The notes beneath the pieces are model-generated. The model saw only the letters and a list, made by a program, of their open reading frames with translations, was not told the DNA's origin and ran no database searches. Source: Gemmatimonadaceae bacterium (lineage in GTDB: Bacteria > Gemmatimonadota > Gemmatimonadetes > Gemmatimonadales > Gemmatimonadaceae). Taken from it: a DNA stretch of 64,000 nt. The position numbers and the translations under genes are program-made. How positions within the stretch are numbered: the first letter of the stretch is position 1; the number at the start of each line of letters is the position of its first letter. This document shows, in pieces, positions 58,711 through 64,000 of this stretch. The stretch is from assembly GCA_051859245.1 (NCBI GenBank), contig JBHYGA010000001.1:352001-416000 (forward strand). Reading direction: 5' to 3'.

Positions 58711-61700
58711 GCTCACTGCCCCGCACCCGTCTGCCTCTTCACACGAGGGATCAACCGGTGCCAGACCGAGACGCGACAGCTGCGCATTCACCGCGCTCAG
58801 GTCCTCCTTCATGATGCGATCAAGCTCGGTGCGATAACCTGCCAACTCGTCGCGCAGAATACCAAAGATCTCCGGCATGTAGGTACCCGGCGGACCATCG
58901 CCGCGCTCTGACATGGAGAGCAGGTTCGCCAACCGATTGTTGACGCGGATCGGATAGTTGAGCGGATCCTGTCCGCTCTGATTCTTCACCTGATAGATCT
59001 TTTGTTCCACATCAGATGCCTTGCGCACCAGTTCGGCGGCGCTGCGCGCGAGCGCACCGTCCTTTGATTGCGTGAGGCGCTGGGCCACCTGCGCCTTGAC
59101 TCGGCGAATCGCAATCACCGCTTCATTTGCTTCTGTGGCCTTGTCGCGAACCATCCGACCGAACTGGTATTGCTTGTGCAGGTCACTATCCGTGACATCG
59201 GCGATCAGCGGGTTACGCTGCACGATGAGCGGCGCATTCATGACTTGACCATCCACGCTCAGGCGCATTGAATAGCGGCCTGGCGGCACCGCTGGTCCGT
59301 TCAACCCGGCGCCCCATAAAATCATGCCCGGAAAACCAACAATCGGATTTGTCCGCAGATCCCACGCAAAACTGTTGAGACCGGCGCGGTTCGGGAGCCA
59401 GCTGACGCGTGCGCCACGACGCCCACCACCTGCTGCCTGCGCCGAGCTGTCACCACGCGTGGTGTCAATCGAGAACGTGCGCAGCACCGCGCCTGTGGAG
59501 TCGATGATGTCGAGCTGGGCGCGCGAGGCTGGCTTCGCGAGCGTGTAACTGATGTTCGCACCGTTCGTTGAACGCAGCGCCGGCGGCGGCGTAAACAGGT
59601 GATTGGCCGACGCGTTCAGTGCGGGTGTCCACTGACGAAGTGGACCAATGTTGTCGAGAATCCAGAAGCCGCGTCCGTGCGTGCCGATCACCAGCTCATT
59701 CGCTTCAACAATCAGGTCCGCAACGGGCGTGGAGGGCATGTTGAGCGAGAGATCACTCCACGACGCGCCGTCGTCGTACGAAATCACGACACCGCGCTGT
59801 GTGCCCGCGTAGAGCAAACCGCGCCGCGTCGGATCCTCACGCACGACGTGGACGTAGGCATCGGCTGCAATGCCATTCGTGATTTTCGTCCACGATGCGC
59901 CGAAGTCGTTCGTGCGAAAAATGTAGGGCGCGCGATCATTGAGCAGTGGTCGACGCACCGACACATATGCGGTACCGTCGTCAAATACCGACGCGTCGAT
60001 CTGGCTAACGCGTCCGAAGTCCGGCATGTCTTTGGGGGTGACGTTTGTCCATGTGGTGCCGCCGTCGCGCGTGACATGCACCAGACCGTCGTCGGAACCT
60101 GTCCAGATAATGTTGGTGTTTCGCTTGCCGGGACCCACCGCAAAGATGGTGGCGTACACTTCGGGTCCATTCATGTCGCCCGTAATCGGACCGCCAGACG
60201 GACCAAGTGTTGACGGGTCATGACGTGTGAGATCGGGGCTGCGATTCGCCCACGTCAGACCACCGTCGGTGGTGCTCCACAAACGCTGCGATGACACGAA
60301 CAGCAGCTTCGGATCCGCTTGCGAAAAAATGATCGGGAACGTCCACTGCCAGCGTTCACGAATCGCGCTGGCCGGCTCGCCCGAATAGAACCAGGGATAC
60401 GGGTTCACTTCGCGACTGAATCCTGTGCGACGATTGTATTTGTCGAGATACCGACCGTTGTTTGTGCCGGCGTAGAACACATCGACGTCGAGTGGGTCAG
60501 GTGCGATGTAACCAGGCTCGCCACCACCCACACCATACGACACAGCCATGCCACCGGCGGTCAGGTCAACCGGACGCGCGGCGTTGGCTGGGGCATTCCG
60601 GGTCGCGTTAAACCGCGCGAGATTCCAGTTGCTCGGTACGCACAACGTACTGTTGTCTTGCTGCGACCCGCACACATGAAACGGCTGATGCTTGGTGGTA
60701 ATAACGTGATACCACTGCTCCGTGGAGAAGTCCTGCTCTGTGTACGCGCCGCCGGTGTTTGTGGTCACGGTGCCACCACCGTCGTTCGCGACTACCAGAT
60801 GCGCGGGATCTGCGGGATCGATCCACAGATCGTGAAAGTCACCATGCGTGCCGTTTCCGATGGACTGCAACGTCTTGCCGCCGTCAGCGGAGCGGAAGAA
60901 CGACACGTTTTGCACGTACACGACATCGGCATTCTGATGATCCGCAAACAGATGGGTGTAGTAGAACGCACGCTGCCGAATTGCGCGATCACTGTTCACT
61001 AGCTCCCACGTGGCGCCGGCATCGTTGCTGCGAAACAGTCCGCCATTTTCGTGTTCGATCAGCGCATACACGCGGTTGGGATCAGCGGCGGTCACCGCAA
61101 CGCCAATGCGTCCAACAAGACCCTTCGCGGGCAGGCCCTTGTTGCGCGTGAGTTCCTTCCACGTTTCGCCGCCGTCGGTACTCTTGAATAATCCGCTCCC
61201 CGGACCGCCGCTCGACATCTGATATTCCTTGCGGTACGCCTCCCACAAGGCGGCGTACATCACATTCGGATTCTTGCGGTCAATCGTGATGTCAACTGCA
61301 CCGGTCTTGCCATCACGAAAGAGCACTTTGCGCCAGCTCTTGCCGCCATCGGTGCTCTTGAACACGCCCCGCTCATCACTCGGCACACTGTACTGACCAA
61401 ACGCTGCTACAAAGACAATGTCGGGATTCGTGGGGTGAATGCGAATCTTTGAAATCGCATCAACGGTGCGAAATCCCATGTGTGTCCACGTCTTGCCTGC
61501 ATCGCCACTGCGGTACACGCCATCGCCCGGCATGATGTTGCCGCGAATGGCCGATTCGCCCATGCCAATGAACACCACGTCCGGATTGGATTCACTCACG
61601 GCCACGGCGCCAACTGACGCACTATTCACCTGGCCGTCGGTCACGGGTACCCACGTTTGCCCGCTATCTACGGTTTTCCAGAGTCCACCGCCGGTAGCGC

Positions 61701-61950
61701 CGAAGTACGCCTCGTTTCGCCGGCCCACCACACCACTTGCGGCAATGGAGCGTCCACCGCGGCCCGGGCCGAGATTTCGCCAGCGATAGTTCCTGAGCAG
61801 CGCCGAATCCGGCGCAACAGTGCGCACAGCCGTTCGTGCGGTTGACTGCGCGTTCGCGCGCGCGTGCGACGAATCAGGCGTACCGAGAGCACTTGCCCAC
61901 AGTGCGGCAGAGGCGATGGCAGCGGTCAGAACAGGGCGAATGACATTCAT
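58693..61950 (-). CDS. VPS10/BNR-repeat glycosyl hydrolase-like exported protein
   Basis: WRNLGPGRGGRS; repeated Asp-boxes S/TxDGGxTW; GTHGRGFWILD; 18-bp convergent overlap with the CSLREA gene. Confidence 0.88.
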   Translation of the reverse strand: MNVIRPVLTAAIASAALWASALGTPDSSHARANAQSTARTAVRTVAPDSALLRNYRWRNLGPGRGGRSIAASGVVGRRNEAYFGATGGGLWKTVDSGQTWVPVTDGQVNSASVGAVAVSESNPDVVFIGMGESAIRGNIMPGDGVYRSGDAGKTWTHMGFRTVDAISKIRIHPTNPDIVFVAAFGQYSVPSDERGVFKSTDGGKSWRKVLFRDGKTGAVDITIDRKNPNVMYAALWEAYRKEYQMSSGGPGSGLFKSTDGGETWKELTRNKGLPAKGLVGRIGVAVTAADPNRVYALIEHENGGLFRSNDAGATWELVNSDRAIRQRAFYYTHLFADHQNADVVYVQNVSFFRSADGGKTLQSIGNGTHGDFHDLWIDPADPAHLVVANDGGGTVTTNTGGAYTEQDFSTEQWYHVITTKHQPFHVCGSQQDNSTLCVPSNWNLARFNATRNAPANAARPVDLTAGGMAVSYGVGGGEPGYIAPDPLDVDVFYAGTNNGRYLDKYNRRTGFSREVNPYPWFYSGEPASAIRERWQWTFPIIFSQADPKLLFVSSQRLWSTTDGGLTWANRSPDLTRHDPSTLGPSGGPITGDMNGPEVYATIFAVGPGKRNTNIIWTGSDDGLVHVTRDGGTTWTNVTPKDMPDFGRVSQIDASVFDDGTAYVSVRRPLLNDRAPYIFRTNDFGASWTKITNGIAADAYVHVVREDPTRRGLLYAGTQRGVVISYDDGASWSDLSLNMPSTPVADLIVEANELVIGTHGRGFWILDNIGPLRQWTPALNASANHLFTPPPALRSTNGANISYTLAKPASRAQLDIIDSTGAVLRTFSIDTTRGDSSAQAAGGGRRGARVSWLPNRAGLNSFAWDLRTNPIVGFPGMILWGAGLNGPAVPPGRYSMRLSVDGQVMNAPLIVQRNPLIADVTDSDLHKQYQFGRMVRDKATEANEAVIAIRRVKAQVAQRLTQSKDGALARSAAELVRKASDVEQKIYQVKNQSGQDPLNYPIRVNNRLANLLSMSERGDGPPGTYMPEIFGILRDELAGYRTELDRIMKEDLSAVNAQLSRLGLAPVDPSCEEADGCGAVSSLSSR

Positions 61951-61996
61951 GGCACGGCGGGAGGGAGGGCGGCAGGACCAACCGGGAACACAGTGC

Positions 61997-63316
61997 TTAC
62001 AACATGCCCGACAATAGTGTGGCAATGCCCAGAAAACTTGCAAATCCAACGATATCCGTCACGGTCGTGAGAATGATTGACGACGACTGCGCCGGGTCCT
62101 GACCAATCTTGGTGAGTCCTGTGGGGACCAGTACGCCCGCGATGCCGGCAGCGGCCATCGACATCACCATCGACGCACCGATCACCAGCGCGAGCCCCAC
62201 CGACCGGCTCCAGATCCACACCGCCGCTGAGGTGGTGAGTGCCACCGCCACGCCGTTGAACAACGCCACGCTGGCTTCCTTGCGCACGACGCTGAGCCAC
62301 TGACCGATGCGAATCTCACGCATTGCCAGACCGCGCATGGTGACCGCGAGTGCTTGCGCGCCCGTGTTGCCGGACTGACCGGCGACCACCGGCAACAACA
62401 CGGCAAGGGCGGTAAATCGCGCAATCGTATCTTCGAACAAGCCAACGACTGACGCGGCAAGAAACGCGGTGAGCAAGTTGATCTGCAGCCACGGCAGTCG
62501 CTTGCGCACCGCAAACGATACGGGTGACAGAGCACGTTCTTCACGGTTCACGCCAACCATGGTGAGCATGTCGGCGGCGACATCTTCCTGAGCGGTGAGT
62601 GCCAATGTGTCGTAACTCACCACCCCGATCAGACGGCCTTCGAAGTCCACAACCGGGAGGCTGGTCAAACGCCCCTTGGTGAAGTGTTCGACGACTTCAT
62701 CTTGTGGATCAATCGCCTGCACGGAAACGGCGGGCTGCACCAGCGTTTCAACCAACGTGTCAGGTTCGGCAAGCGCGAGTCGCTGCAACGACACCGTGCC
62801 GGTGAGAAAGCCGTCATCGTCGGTGAAGAACACATCGGCCATGCGCTGCGCTCGACCTGCTCGCAAACGCACGAGCGCCTGTTGAGCCGTTGTGCCTGGT
62901 TTCACGCCAATCGCGCGCGGATCCATCAGGCGACCTGCCGTTTCGGGCGGATACTCCGCGATCAGCTGCAATTCCCGCGTAAGCCCGGGATCCAGCAGTG
63001 CCAGCAGCGCTGTACGAGGTTCCTGGTCGAGCCACGCGAGCAGGGCAGCAACTCGCATCGGATCCATGGCGCTTGCAAGGTCACGACGCGCGTTGTCAGG
63101 AAGCATCTCCAGCACATCGGCAGCAATTCGCGGCTCAAGTCGCTCCATGAGCGCCGTCGCGTACCGCAGCGGCTCGGCGCGCACAAGTCGTGCGATTTCC
63201 TTGACCGGTAGATCATCGAGTCGACGGGTCGCTTCGTCGGGAAACTCACGCAAGAACGTGCGTGCCAGCTTCTCGAATCCTGCCGCGGCATCATTCTTCA
63301 CGAGCCGTCTCCGCAT
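61997..63316 (-). CDS. mgtE: Magnesium transporter MgtE
   Basis: MgtE-N, CBS pair (YPPETAGRLM, LPVVD), RLPWLQINL, GQSGNTGAQ, DPAQSS..ILTTVTD; start may be GTG 63301. Confidence 0.92.
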   Translation of the reverse strand: MRRRLVKNDAAAGFEKLARTFLREFPDEATRRLDDLPVKEIARLVRAEPLRYATALMERLEPRIAADVLEMLPDNARRDLASAMDPMRVAALLAWLDQEPRTALLALLDPGLTRELQLIAEYPPETAGRLMDPRAIGVKPGTTAQQALVRLRAGRAQRMADVFFTDDDGFLTGTVSLQRLALAEPDTLVETLVQPAVSVQAIDPQDEVVEHFTKGRLTSLPVVDFEGRLIGVVSYDTLALTAQEDVAADMLTMVGVNREERALSPVSFAVRKRLPWLQINLLTAFLAASVVGLFEDTIARFTALAVLLPVVAGQSGNTGAQALAVTMRGLAMREIRIGQWLSVVRKEASVALFNGVAVALTTSAAVWIWSRSVGLALVIGASMVMSMAAAGIAGVLVPTGLTKIGQDPAQSSSIILTTVTDIVGFASFLGIATLLSGML

Positions 63317-64000
63317 CGCCTGCGGCAGGACGTGTCAGATCGCGATTCGGAAGCGCCGTTGCGGACAAGCCGGCCACCATGCCGCTGGTACCAAGCTGGA
63401 AGAGTTCGGCCAAGGCACCTGCGGTCACATTCGCTGGCGCCGGACCGGCCTTGCTCGCTTCCCGCTCGAGGCGACGCAGCGTCTGATAGCGAATCGCACC
63501 GAGCAATCGATCGTCGTCGTCTACTACAGGCAACGCATGAAAGCGTTGCCAGCCCGTGTGGTCTCGCACGAGTGCAACCGGCGCGAACACATTGACACGA
63601 TCAACCTCGCGATGCATTGACACGCTCACAGGATCACGTGCGCGTGCCACCATGAGCTCCGGAATATCGAGTACGCCAACGAGCCGCTGATCGCGGTCGA
63701 CCACGTACAAGTAGTAGAGCAGATCCCGAGCCGCCCGGACCAGACGTGATCTCGCGTCGGCGACTATCACATCATCAGGCAACCGGAAGATCGACGGGTC
63801 CATGATGGAACCGGCTGTGCCGATCTCATACGGCAACAGGCGAACAATCGGGTCGCGCGCGTCAATCGGCAGTGCATCGAGCACCGGCTGCCGGAGATCA
63901 GCGGGCATCACGCGTACGATACTGGCCGCATCATCAACCGTGAGTTCCGCCAGCATTGCGGACGCCGCGGTCGCGCGGCCTGCGTTCGCGAGATGGCTCA
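63291..64000 (-). CDS. Soluble MgtE-N / CBS-pair protein, 5' end outside window
   Basis: YEIGTAGSIMDP, YLYVVDRDQRLVGVL, ALPVVDDDDRLLG; frame open to the window edge; no MgtE TM domain. Confidence 0.82.
   Translation of the reverse strand, partial: SHLANAGRATAASAMLAELTVDDAASIVRVMPADLRQPVLDALPIDARDPIVRLLPYEIGTAGSIMDPSIFRLPDDVIVADARSRLVRAARDLLYYLYVVDRDQRLVGVLDIPELMVARARDPVSVSMHREVDRVNVFAPVALVRDHTGWQRFHALPVVDDDDRLLGAIRYQTLRRLEREASKAGPAPANVTAGALAELFQLGTSGMVAGLSATALPNRDLTRPAAGDAETAREE

Noticed and set aside
1..64000. Prophage, IS, integron, tRNA/rRNA or defence island
   Set aside because: No integrase, transposase, phage structural gene, attC array or structural RNA was recognisable by eye; short or divergent elements could have been missed.

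Overview
GC-rich bacterial chromosomal window, densely coding (~57 CDS). The gene mix (DUF2911, VPS10/BNR glycosyl hydrolase, PEP-CTERM, CSLREA, many lipoprotein/Tat substrates) suggests a Gemmatimonadota-like diderm; this is inference. I saw no rRNA, tRNA, CRISPR array, integrase or transposase. Contents in order: NHEJ LigD-Ku; a coupled N-formylglutamate amidohydrolase / QEGLA (MATCAP-like) metallopeptidase / GshB-like ATP-grasp operon; small stress and detox genes; a frameshifted serine hydrolase opposite a TetR gene; an Mla/Pqi ABC lipid transporter; a PAS kinase-LuxR pair with a di-haem cytochrome c; a four-domain multicopper oxidase with inverted copper-motif order; a Rox-like flavin monooxygenase preceded by an element resembling the actinobacterial rifamycin-associated element (RAE); ppc; a truncated SnoaL gene followed by a PEP-CTERM gene; MarR-isochorismatase; an L,D-transpeptidase with Ser in place of the catalytic Cys; ackA; a putative glycan-modification cluster; a CarF/TMEM189 plus sterol-desaturase operon; a CSLREA surface protein; and tandem MgtE-related genes. 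Best leads: the RAE-Rox unit outside Actinobacteria, the ATP-grasp/MATCAP-like writer-eraser operon next to NHEJ, the permuted multicopper oxidase and the CarF-desaturase pair. All family assignments come from motif recognition by eye, not database searches.
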